Part shown: piece after piece, positions 49,192 to 59,291 of the stretch
Layout: every line of letters starts with the position of its first letter
Numbering within the stretch: the first letter of the stretch is position 1
Assembly (NCBI GenBank): GCA_023410275.1
Contig: JAEYPZ010000059.1
Coordinates: forward strand, 20,137 to 84,136
Direction of reading: 5' to 3'
Source: Bacillota bacterium
GTDB lineage: Bacteria; Bacillota; Clostridia; Lachnospirales; Lachnospiraceae
Length of the DNA: 64,000 bases
Made by a program: the position numbers and the translations under genes
Notes under the pieces: generated by a model
What the model was told of the DNA's origin: nothing
Databases searched by the model: none
The model's input: only the letters and a program-made list of their open reading frames with translations

Positions 49192-50133
49192 ATGTATTTT
49201 GAGCTGAATCCCAGACAGATTCCCAAGGTGCGATTAATGAATACGGCTGTTATCCAGCCTCCCTTTGTGCATAACAAAAGAAAGGCGGATGAATACATCA
49301 TCTATGTCATAAAAAAAGGTGAGATGTATTTGAAGGAGAATAACAGGGAATATCTCCTTCAGGCAGGGGATTTCCTGCTTCTTGATACGGATTACTTCCA
49401 TGAAGGCTATAAGACCTCCTATTGTGAATATTATTACATCCATTTCCGGCAGGAGGAAATCAAAAAGGTTGCGGACACAAGGGAAGAGGAGTACATGAAG
49501 CTTATCCTGTCAAGGCATAATGACTCCTTAAAGAGTGACCCCTTTTCGTATGACACCATAGAAAAGGACACTCTCCTGCTGCCGAAATACTATCATTTTA
49601 ACAGTACGGCTGATTTTATAAAGGTGGGCTGCCTCCTGGATGAAGCAATAAAGCATAATAAAGACCACATGGATAACTATAAAATTATGTGTTCCTTAAA
49701 GGTATTGGAGACCTTTATTGAAACGTACCGCAGCTATTTAATGGATACGCTTCAAAAGAGTACCTCCGTTATGCCAAAATCCTATCATAAGGTACAAAAG
49801 CTCCTGGAATACCTGAATACGGAATATGCCCGGAAAATAACCAGCAGTGACATTGAGGAGGTATCCGGCAGCAATTTTGATTATATCAACCGTATTTTTA
49901 AGAAAATGACACATCAGACCATCTTTGCTTATCTGAATACAGTGAGGATTAATCATGCCACGGAGCTGATTACCACCACAAACATGAAAATGTCTGAGGT
50001 GGGCCAGTCCGTTGGTTTCATAGATTTATATTATTTCAGCAAGGTTTTTAAAAAGGCGGTGGGAGTATCCCCTGCCAATTATAATCGAAGTATTGCAGGC
50101 AGCAGCCTGGAGCTTCCTCCCGTTACAAGGTAA
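49192..50133 (+). CDS. AraC-family regulator
   Basis: Cupin-like N-terminus, YINRIFKK, VGF.DLYYFSKVFKK.VGVSP. Confidence 0.9.
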   Translation: MYFELNPRQIPKVRLMNTAVIQPPFVHNKRKADEYIIYVIKKGEMYLKENNREYLLQAGDFLLLDTDYFHEGYKTSYCEYYYIHFRQEEIKKVADTREEEYMKLILSRHNDSLKSDPFSYDTIEKDTLLLPKYYHFNSTADFIKVGCLLDEAIKHNKDHMDNYKIMCSLKVLETFIETYRSYLMDTLQKSTSVMPKSYHKVQKLLEYLNTEYARKITSSDIEEVSGSNFDYINRIFKKMTHQTIFAYLNTVRINHATELITTTNMKMSEVGQSVGFIDLYYFSKVFKKAVGVSPANYNRSIAGSSLELPPVTR

Positions 50134-52552
50134 TGCTTCTTTCCTTTAGACCGCTGCCGGACACAGTAAGTACCGTCTTCTCTTCAGGTGCTGCGGCTGC
50201 ATAGGCCAGAAGCCTTCCGTTACAGGCACGGCGGGCAGGGGAAGCATATTCTGTCGTGTCTGCCAGGTCTCCGTTCTCAAGGCCCAGTAAGGTGCCGCCC
50301 TCAATGGATACGGACAGCAGAGTGCTGTCTGTAAGACAGGGATATCCCTTTTCATCCGTTACCGTTATCTCTATTTGTTTTAGTAGAAGGCCGTCATTTT
50401 GCAGGATTGCTTTTATAAATTCTTCGTTACAGGAAAGGCTCTCTTCACAAGGGGAAAAGCATTCCAGCCTGAGGCCGCAGGGGGCACCGCTTGTGGAAAG
50501 CGTATCGGTCACATTTTCCTGCTGCCCTTCTTCCTTTTCATAGCCGACAGCCTTTAATTCTCCCGACTCAAAGGGGAAAATGAAAGAAATATAACCCAGA
50601 CTGTCATCATAGGCTTTTCTGCCAAGGCTTCTGTTATTGAGAAATAATTCCACGCTGTCCATATTGGTATAGCATCTGGCTTCAATTCCTTCTCCACTTA
50701 GATAGTGATAACTGCGAAACATCTCCTTCCATTCCCTGGAGGAATTATCGGAAGAGTCCCCATTTTCCCCATCCTCTCTGGAGGTGGTAATATAAACAAA
50801 TGGCTTATCCGTCCAGAAGCTCTTTCTGCGAAAGTAAGAAGTCTTTTGAAAGCCTGCCGTTGTTAAGAGGCCGGCATAGGAGCCTCTTATGGGCCAGCCC
50901 TGGGCTTCTCCCAGATAATCAATACCGGTCCAGAGATACTGGCCTGCTATAAATTCCTGGTCCCGGACTGCTTTCCAGGCATCCAGGGAGTGGCTGTTCT
51001 CACTGCCAAGAAAGGGCTTATCCGGGAAACGCCCGTGGTCCTGTTCATACCATTCCTCCTTGTAGTTATAGCCTGCCACGTCAAGGGTATCGATATATCC
51101 GATACGGGTGGACAGCTCGGGAAAAGCGACCGCAGCCGTAACCGGTCTTGTGGTATCGGATTGCTTTACAATCGCTGACAGGTTCCCTGCAAGGACGGAG
51201 AGTCTTTCGGCATTGGGCTTATTGGGATTATACTGTCTTTCGGCTGCCGGCTTATCCTTGTCATTATTTCCCGTCATTGTCTCAAAGAGGGGGTGGCAGT
51301 AGGGGTCATTGGGGTAATCAATTTCGTTTCCAATGCTCCACAAAATAATGCTTGGATGATTCCTGTCCCGGCGTATCAGGTCGGTCAAATCCCTTTCATG
51401 CCACTGGGGAAAATCCTCCGCATACCCCTGGTGCCTGGGCGGATAGACATTGTGCCCGTTCCACCATTTGTTCTTGGGGTTTTCCCATTCGTCAAAGGCT
51501 TCATCCATTACCAGAAATCCCATGGCATCACAGAGGTCATAGAGCTCCGGCATATGGGGATTGTGGCTCATGCGGATGGAGTTGCAGCCCATTTCCTTTA
51601 AGGACTCCAGCCTTCTAAGCCATACGGAGGGCAAAACGGCAGCTCCCAGACAGCCTGCATCATGGTGGATACAGACACCCTTCAGTTTCAAGTGTTCCCC
51701 GTTTAAGAAAAAGCCCTTATCCGGGGTAAACAGAATGCTTCGGATGCCGACCATGGTTTCATAGTTCTGAGTGCTTAACAGGGCGCCATCCCTTTGGGAG
51801 GCCTTGATTTCTGTTACCAGTTTATAGAGGTTCGGTTCCTTTACGGACCAAAGCTTCGGGGAAGGAAGGCTGTCTTCTAAGGTTACCTCCCTCCGTTCGC
51901 CGGCAGAAAGGGAAAGCTCTGTGCGAAAGGAAAGAAAGCTTTCATCCCTTAAGACAAGGCTGTGGGTCAGGGTCACCTCTGCCTCCTCTGAGGTTTCATT
52001 CACCAGGGGGGTAAATACCTTGACGGCGGCCTTTTCCTTTGAAACTTCCGGGGTGGTAAAGAAGATTCCGTTATATTCCGTATGAACAGGTTCTTCGGCT
52101 GTAACAACTGCCTTTCTTATGATTCCGGAGCCTGTAAACCAGCGGGAGTCGGATATATCCCGGTGGTCAAGCTTTACGGAAACGGAATTAACGGCATCTC
52201 CGAATACAGCCTGGGAAGTAATATCATAGCGGAAGGTGGCATAGCCGAAAGGGCGCTTGCCAAGGTAATAGCTGTTGCACCATACCTGGCTGTTCTTATA
52301 CATACCGTCAAAGGTAATATAGATTTTTTTGCCTTTTAGCTCCTCAGGCAGGCAGAATTCCGTACGGTACCAGCCGATTCCACCCGCCAGATAGCCGGTT
52401 CCACTGGAATATTCCCTGGAAAAAGGCATATGGACGGACCAGTCGTGAGGAACCGCCACCTCCTCCCAGCTGCTGTCATCAAAGCCCTTATACCAGGCTT
52501 CCGGGCAATCCCCATAATGAAACCTCCATTTGCTTAAGCGTATATCATTCAT
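50123..52552 (-). CDS. GH2 beta-galactosidase-like hydrolase
   Basis: VPHDWS, KGVCIHHD, IRMSHNP, RDRNHPSII.WSIGNE, WTGIDYLGE. Confidence 0.9.
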   Translation of the reverse strand: MNDIRLSKWRFHYGDCPEAWYKGFDDSSWEEVAVPHDWSVHMPFSREYSSGTGYLAGGIGWYRTEFCLPEELKGKKIYITFDGMYKNSQVWCNSYYLGKRPFGYATFRYDITSQAVFGDAVNSVSVKLDHRDISDSRWFTGSGIIRKAVVTAEEPVHTEYNGIFFTTPEVSKEKAAVKVFTPLVNETSEEAEVTLTHSLVLRDESFLSFRTELSLSAGERREVTLEDSLPSPKLWSVKEPNLYKLVTEIKASQRDGALLSTQNYETMVGIRSILFTPDKGFFLNGEHLKLKGVCIHHDAGCLGAAVLPSVWLRRLESLKEMGCNSIRMSHNPHMPELYDLCDAMGFLVMDEAFDEWENPKNKWWNGHNVYPPRHQGYAEDFPQWHERDLTDLIRRDRNHPSIILWSIGNEIDYPNDPYCHPLFETMTGNNDKDKPAAERQYNPNKPNAERLSVLAGNLSAIVKQSDTTRPVTAAVAFPELSTRIGYIDTLDVAGYNYKEEWYEQDHGRFPDKPFLGSENSHSLDAWKAVRDQEFIAGQYLWTGIDYLGEAQGWPIRGSYAGLLTTAGFQKTSYFRRKSFWTDKPFVYITTSREDGENGDSSDNSSREWKEMFRSYHYLSGEGIEARCYTNMDSVELFLNNRSLGRKAYDDSLGYISFIFPFESGELKAVGYEKEEGQQENVTDTLSTSGAPCGLRLECFSPCEESLSCNEEFIKAILQNDGLLLKQIEITVTDEKGYPCLTDSTLLSVSIEGGTLLGLENGDLADTTEYASPARRACNGRLLAYAAAAPEEKTVLTVSGSGLKERSITL

Positions 52553-52911
52553 ATCAAATCCTCCGTCTAATTTTGGTATGGAAAGTTATCGAAAAACTTA
52601 ATTCAGCTTATACATTCCCCATCTGCTACCATTATAGAGAATTTGAAGGCTAATACAATGGCTTATAAATAATCAAGATGTAATATAGCTACTTTTTGAG
52701 CGACAGATATTGAAATTCTCTTTTTTGCACATATTTGTATAGGAATACTTGTTTTAAAATAATGAATTCGGTTTCAAAATAAAGGAAAACAACGCATTTA
52801 TAAAAATAGTTAAAATATAAATTTGTCTATTTTGCATAAAATGCCACTCCATCTATCAGGTTTAAATTCCATATATAATTAGCGTATCATAATTAATCTC
52901 AGCCTTTGCCT

Positions 52912-52988
52912 GTGTATATTGGGGGTATAAAAATGCAACGAAGTGACTTTCACGGAGCTGAGTGCATTTTTATACCCCCAATATACAC
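52912..52988. repeat. REP-like palindrome with perfect 26-bp arms
   Basis: gtgtatattgggggtataaaaatgca ... tgcatttttatacccccaatatacac, 25-nt loop containing a mini-hairpin. Confidence 0.8.
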
Positions 52989-53041
52989 TCAATAAATAAG
53001 ACGTTTTGCCACCTAAGTTCTATATCAATATAAAATATAGC

Positions 53042-53070
53042 TTGCAAATGACAGCTTCCTGTGTTATACT
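53042..53070 (+). promoter_or_regulatory. sigmaA promoter
   Basis: TTGCAA-N17-TATACT with TG extension. Confidence 0.65.
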
Positions 53071-53100
53071 ACAAAAAATATTTTTTTGGAGAATAATACC

Positions 53101-53178
53101 ATGAATAACAAATCAGTAACCTGCAAGAAGCATTCACTACCATGTCTATTTATTATTAGAGAAAGCTATTTCCTGTAA
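53101..53178 (+). CDS. Putative 25-aa attenuator leader peptide
   Basis: GGAG RBS; MNNKSVTCKKHSLPCLFIIRESYFL*; followed by alternative hairpins and a terminator. Confidence 0.55.
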   Translation: MNNKSVTCKKHSLPCLFIIRESYFL

Positions 53179-53245
53179 CTATGATACGCATAGATGCAGG
53201 AATCAGCTTTCTTTTGCATCTGTGCGGTGAATGGTATTAAAATAC

Positions 53246-53298
53246 AAAACCGCATCATAACCGTTTCCCTTCCGGAAGCTGTTATATGCGGTTTTTTT
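53246..53298 (+). terminator. Leader terminator (attenuator) before the ABC exporter
   Basis: aaaaccgcat..taac...gtta.atgcgg followed by T7. Confidence 0.7.
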
Positions 53299-53352
53299 AT
53301 TCATGGAAATACTCCGGTCACATTGTTCTAAAACAGATAACAGGGAGGAATT

Positions 53353-54327
53353 ATGATGGAAGCAATCACAGTGGAGGAGCTGCAGAAGAGCTTTAAGGTA
53401 AAGCAGAAGCAGAGGGGCTTAAGAGCAAGCCTTTCATCCTTTGTAAGGACAGATTACAGGATGGTGGAGGCAGTAAAGGATATCACCTTTCAGGTGCAGG
53501 AAGGGGAGGTCTTAGCCTTTATCGGCCCCAACGGGGCAGGCAAAAGTACGACCATTAAGATGCTGACCGGTATTCTTTACCCGGATGGAGGGAATATGTC
53601 CGTCCTTGGCCTGTCCCCTACCAGGGACAGAAAGAAGCTTGCCTATCAGATCGGCACTGTCTTTGGGCAGAAGGAACAGCTCTGGACACACCTTACCCCC
53701 TATGATAACTTCATGTTCTTCGGCAAGGTCTATGATTTAAGCGAAAAGGAAGCGGTAGGGCGGATTGAAGATATGGCGGAGAGCTTTGAATTGGGCGGTT
53801 TTATTAACACGCCGGTCAGAAATCTCTCCCTTGGGCAGAGGATTCGTTGTGAAATCGCCGCTTCCCTGATACACAGGCCGAAAATCCTTTTCCTGGATGA
53901 GCCTACCATAGGCCTTGACCCGGTTGTGAAGGAGAATATCCGGGAATTTATAAAGAAGCTGAATAAAAAATATAATACAACCGTATTCCTGACCAGCCAT
54001 GATGTGGGGGATATTGAAAAGCTATGTAAGCGGATTATTATAATAAATGACGGCAGAATTGTAATGGATGACGGGATGGACAGTTTAAAGTACCACTATC
54101 TTAACAGAAAACAGGTGGAAATCCGGTTAAAGGAAGAGATGGGAATTGCAGAGAGGGAAGGCATACGGATTTTACGGAATAAGGGGCTTGAGATGAAGTT
54201 CGAGGTGGATACAGAAAAATGCCAGGTAAATGAACTCTTAAATCTGATAGACGGAGACAATATTATGGATGTAAATATCTCCAATATCCCGCTGGAAAAA
54301 ATCATAATGGAAATTTATAAAGGGTAG
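53353..54327 (+). CDS. ABC-2 exporter ATPase
   Basis: GPNGAGKST, LSLGQR, FLDEPTIGLD. Confidence 0.92.
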   Translation: MMEAITVEELQKSFKVKQKQRGLRASLSSFVRTDYRMVEAVKDITFQVQEGEVLAFIGPNGAGKSTTIKMLTGILYPDGGNMSVLGLSPTRDRKKLAYQIGTVFGQKEQLWTHLTPYDNFMFFGKVYDLSEKEAVGRIEDMAESFELGGFINTPVRNLSLGQRIRCEIAASLIHRPKILFLDEPTIGLDPVVKENIREFIKKLNKKYNTTVFLTSHDVGDIEKLCKRIIIINDGRIVMDDGMDSLKYHYLNRKQVEIRLKEEMGIAEREGIRILRNKGLEMKFEVDTEKCQVNELLNLIDGDNIMDVNISNIPLEKIIMEIYKG

Positions 54328-54360
54328 CAGAAGGGGATTTATTATTGCTCAGGTAAGGCC

Positions 54361-54426
54361 AGGGCGTGTCTGAAAACTCATTGTACCGCTCTGACTGCCC
54401 CACTAAGCAGCGTTCTGACACACCCT
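54361..54426. mobile_element. MITE-like miniature element or IS-end remnant
   Basis: Imperfect terminal inverted repeats AGGGCGTGTCTGAAA / GTTCTGACACACCCT, 66 bp, between operon genes. Confidence 0.5.
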
Positions 54427-54444
54427 AAGAAAGGAGACATAAGA

Positions 54445-55251
54445 ATGGGAAAAAATCCGGTCAGGAAATATTATTATATCTTTCGGGTCAGCTTTATGGA
54501 GAATCTTCAATATCCGGCAAACAGCATCCTTGGGTTTATCAGCTACTTTATTATGATATTTTTATTCTTCCAGCTGTGGAATTATATTTACGGAGATTCC
54601 TCCAAGATAATTGCCGGCTATACCAAGGCACAGATGATCTGGTATGTTATCTTTACGGAGATTATGTGGTATGGTACGGGAAGTGCCACCTTAACAAGGA
54701 GAATGAGCGGGGACATTAAGAGCGGGACGGTTGCTTATGCAGTCAACAAGCCCTATCGGTACCCCTTGTACATTCTTGCAAAGTATTTCGGCGAAATAGG
54801 CTTTCGTTTTCTATTATACCTGCTTATGGGAAGCATTATGGGAGTAATCATGCTGGGGGCCATTCCCGGCTTTCACATAACTACGGTAGTTTTTGTACTG
54901 CCGGTAATGATATCCGGCCTTGCCATTAACAGCCTTATCCGAATCAGTATCAGCCTTTTATCCTTTTGGGTGGAGGATTCCCTTCCCTTTCAATGGATTT
55001 ACGATAAACTCCTGATTGTAATTGGCATTATGTTTCCGGTGGAAGTATTTCCGAAAGTATTACGGCCGGTCATCAGTCTGTCCCCGATCTATGCGGTGAC
55101 CTATGGACCCGCAAAGCTTTTGGTGGACTTTTCAACAGAAGTTTATCTGAGAGTTCTTCTTGTGCAGATATGCTATTTAGCAGGGCTTGCAGTTTTACTG
55201 TTTGGAGTCTACAGAAAGGGGGTCAGGAAATTAAATGTTAACGGAGGCTAA
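54445..55251 (+). CDS. ABC-2 family (DUF990-like) permease
   Basis: GYT..QMIWY, DIKSG..AY..NKP, C-terminal VNGG. Confidence 0.85.
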   Translation: MGKNPVRKYYYIFRVSFMENLQYPANSILGFISYFIMIFLFFQLWNYIYGDSSKIIAGYTKAQMIWYVIFTEIMWYGTGSATLTRRMSGDIKSGTVAYAVNKPYRYPLYILAKYFGEIGFRFLLYLLMGSIMGVIMLGAIPGFHITTVVFVLPVMISGLAINSLIRISISLLSFWVEDSLPFQWIYDKLLIVIGIMFPVEVFPKVLRPVISLSPIYAVTYGPAKLLVDFSTEVYLRVLLVQICYLAGLAVLLFGVYRKGVRKLNVNGG

Positions 55252-56029
55252 AGGACAATTCAATATTCTACTACTGACTGTGAAATATAATGTTATGAGA
55301 GAAATGACAAATAAGGTTTCTTTTACCACCAATGTGCTGTTTATGATGCTCAATAATTCCACCTTCATTATCCAGTGGATAATCCTGTTTCATCTGAAGA
55401 AGGAAATCGGAGGGTATGGCATGAAGGAAATTATGCTGCTGTGGGCACTGGCTGCCAGCTCCTACGGATTTGCCCATATTTTTTTCCATAGGGCCTTTAG
55501 CCTGTCAGAGCTTATAACGGAGGGGAAACTGGATGCATTTTTAGTTCAGCCAAAGAATGTGCTCCTTTCTGTTATATCCTCTACCACCAGCCCTCCTGCT
55601 ATGGGAGATCTGCTGTATGGCTTTGTTCTGGTTTTCTTTACCGGTATTTCTGTTAGGAGGCTTTTCCTATTTACCCTTTTTACCATAACGGGAGGTTTGC
55701 TGTATACTGCTTTTGCCGTAGCCGCCGGAAGTATTTCCTTCTGGATCACGAGAGGGGATTTACTTGCTGTCAATCTTACGAATACCATGGTCAATTTCTC
55801 CACTTATCCTGACGGAATCTTTAAAGGAGTTATTAAGGTGGCCTTGTATACGCTGATTCCTATTGGTTTTTATATTTACCTGCCGGTTAAGGTGATATTA
55901 CTGCCTAATCTTCTGTCTCTCCTTTGGGTACTGCTGGCAGTGACTATAGTTACAGGAATCGCTTTTTTCCTGTTCTATAAGGGGCTTAGGCGTTATTCCT
56001 CGGGTAATCTTATGAGCGCCAGAATATAG
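55235..56029 (+). CDS. ABC-2 family (DUF990-like) permease
   Basis: IGGY, GKLD.FLVQP, YPDGIF, GLRRYSSG. Confidence 0.85.
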   Translation: MLTEAKGQFNILLLTVKYNVMREMTNKVSFTTNVLFMMLNNSTFIIQWIILFHLKKEIGGYGMKEIMLLWALAASSYGFAHIFFHRAFSLSELITEGKLDAFLVQPKNVLLSVISSTTSPPAMGDLLYGFVLVFFTGISVRRLFLFTLFTITGGLLYTAFAVAAGSISFWITRGDLLAVNLTNTMVNFSTYPDGIFKGVIKVALYTLIPIGFYIYLPVKVILLPNLLSLLWVLLAVTIVTGIAFFLFYKGLRRYSSGNLMSARI

Positions 56030-56087
56030 AAAGGCATTACCTTATTATAAGAAAACGGCAGTCCTTTGGCTTGATAATTAGAAATAC

Positions 56088-56102
56088 TGATAATCATTAT
56101 CA
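56088..56102. promoter_or_regulatory. Perfect 7-1-7 Fur-type box upstream of eno
   Basis: TGATAATCATTATCA. Confidence 0.6.
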
Positions 56103-56152
56103 AAATATATCTTGTTTTCTTTTTCAAATTGTGGTAGTATTTGGTTAAGTAA

Positions 56153-57478
<1,326 letters not shown>

Positions 57479-57525
57479 CAGAATGCTATTTAAAACATCA
57501 AAATATTAATAAGGATTAAAATATT

Positions 57526-57563
57526 AAAAAGTTGCAGCGGGTTCTACTTCGCTGCAACTTTTT
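57526..57563. terminator. Bidirectional terminator
   Basis: aaaaagttgcagcg...cgctgcaacttttt. Confidence 0.8.
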
Positions 57564-57573
57564 GTATATATTA

Positions 57574-58404
57574 TTATTTAACGAATACCATTTTTCCGTA
57601 TCTTGCTGTTAAGGGTTTTGACCACAGCCATCTGTTTGTAGAACTGTCATCAAAATAGAACATGGCACCCTTTGAGGGGTCGGCACCAAGAAGGGCTTCT
57701 CCTGCCGCTTTTACGGCAATGGAGGAAGCGGGTTTATTGATAAATCCGTTTTTAACTGGAGTGAACTGATAAAAACCGCCCGGCACATCATAGATTACAT
57801 CAGTAATAGTATCCGGCCAATCCTTGCTTTGAACTCTGTTGATTACAACACCGCCGATAGCAACCATGGCGTTATAAGGCTGTCCTGTTGCTTCGGCTGT
57901 TATAAGCCGTGCCAATAAATCTTTTTCCGCTTTTGTATAGGGTATTACCGCAGATTTAGAGGCGGACTCCACTGCACGGGCAGAAACAGCAGTTTTATAA
58001 GATACAGTGGATGCTGTTACGTTGGATGCTGTTGTAGTGGATTTCACTCCGGGAAGAATCAGTTTTTGACCTACCGCTAAGGTATTGTTCCACTTACAGT
58101 TGGCTTTTCTTAGGCTTGCTAAGGAAATTCCGTTTGTTTTTGCAATATTATTAAGGGTATCCCCTTGCTTAACGGTATATATCTTGGATGACACAGTTAA
58201 CTTCTGACCCGGCTTTATGGAATCACTTTTCAGATTGTTGGTTTTTTTAATAGTTGTTACAGGAGTTTTAAATAGTTTGCTGATTTTGTAAAGTGTATCA
58301 TTCTTTACGACTTTATAAGTTGCTGCCGATACGTTTGCGGAAAAAAGTACGAAGGATAAGAGAGAAGCTGTCAGCACTATCCTTACCGGTTTCAATCTGT
58401 TCAT
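57574..58404 (-). CDS. LysM x2 + SleB/Hydrolase_2 cell wall hydrolase
   Basis: Signal peptide, two LysM domains, LLARLI.AEA, NRV, YQF.PV. Confidence 0.9.
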   Translation of the reverse strand: MNRLKPVRIVLTASLLSFVLFSANVSAATYKVVKNDTLYKISKLFKTPVTTIKKTNNLKSDSIKPGQKLTVSSKIYTVKQGDTLNNIAKTNGISLASLRKANCKWNNTLAVGQKLILPGVKSTTTASNVTASTVSYKTAVSARAVESASKSAVIPYTKAEKDLLARLITAEATGQPYNAMVAIGGVVINRVQSKDWPDTITDVIYDVPGGFYQFTPVKNGFINKPASSIAVKAAGEALLGADPSKGAMFYFDDSSTNRWLWSKPLTARYGKMVFVK

Positions 58405-58598
58405 GGTACCTCCTATTGGTGGGCCAGAAATACTGGCATCAATGAGTTAACAATATTGTAATATATTTTAACGAATTGTAACATATGGAATTGCTGGAAG
58501 AGCATCCAATTATGAACAGAAGTAACTGGAACAGGAAAGAGAGGATAAAGAAGGCAGAGGATTCCCTGATGGAATACCCCTGCCGGAGATTTCTATTT

Positions 58599-59291
58599 TT
58601 ATTTTAAATAAGCGGATATAATATATCTTTGCGGTGCAGAACCAATATAGGTAAAGGGATAACAGGTGGTTAAGGTAAGAGTGGCCGCAGGTCTCGGAAC
58701 AATAACCGTCGTATCCTCCTTTTCTACTATTCGAATCTTGCGGATTCGGTAGGTAAAGGTGCCGGCAGAAGTCTTAACAATTATGCTGTCGCCTTTTTTC
58801 AGGCTTTGGAGCCCTGAGAACACCGTATCCCTGTGTCCTGATAAAACACAATTATCAACTTCACCTGGAAGGTCACTTCCTGCATAATGCCCAACCCCTT
58901 TTTCCAGTTCTTTTTCCTCTGTTCCTTCGTATATAGGAAGGGACATTTTCAGGGAAGGGATTGTAAGAGTACCTATTTTATCACCTTGTGCCGGTCTGTC
59001 CGGGTAAAGTGCTTTTTCGTTATTCAGCCCCTTCTTCTCCAATACATTTGCGAACCTGCTTTTTAAGAATTTCTCAGGTAGGACAGCATTGTCATTGGAA
59101 GAAGGCGCTGTATTATCCTCTTGTACAACTGCTTCCTTATCTGCATTTTCAGATATACCGGCTCGCTGGGAGGAAAGGGGTACTTTTAAGGAGTTTCCCT
59201 GCCACATTTTGAAAAGACCTGCGGCAGCCAGCAGGATTCCGGCAGCCAGCAGGAGGAAGGGAAGAATTTTCTTACGCAGCATCTGCATCAT
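58599..59291 (-). CDS. Class D sortase
   Basis: GVGH, LSGHRDT, TLTTCYPF...RY. Confidence 0.9.
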   Translation of the reverse strand: MMQMLRKKILPFLLLAAGILLAAAGLFKMWQGNSLKVPLSSQRAGISENADKEAVVQEDNTAPSSNDNAVLPEKFLKSRFANVLEKKGLNNEKALYPDRPAQGDKIGTLTIPSLKMSLPIYEGTEEKELEKGVGHYAGSDLPGEVDNCVLSGHRDTVFSGLQSLKKGDSIIVKTSAGTFTYRIRKIRIVEKEDTTVIVPRPAATLTLTTCYPFTYIGSAPQRYIISAYLK

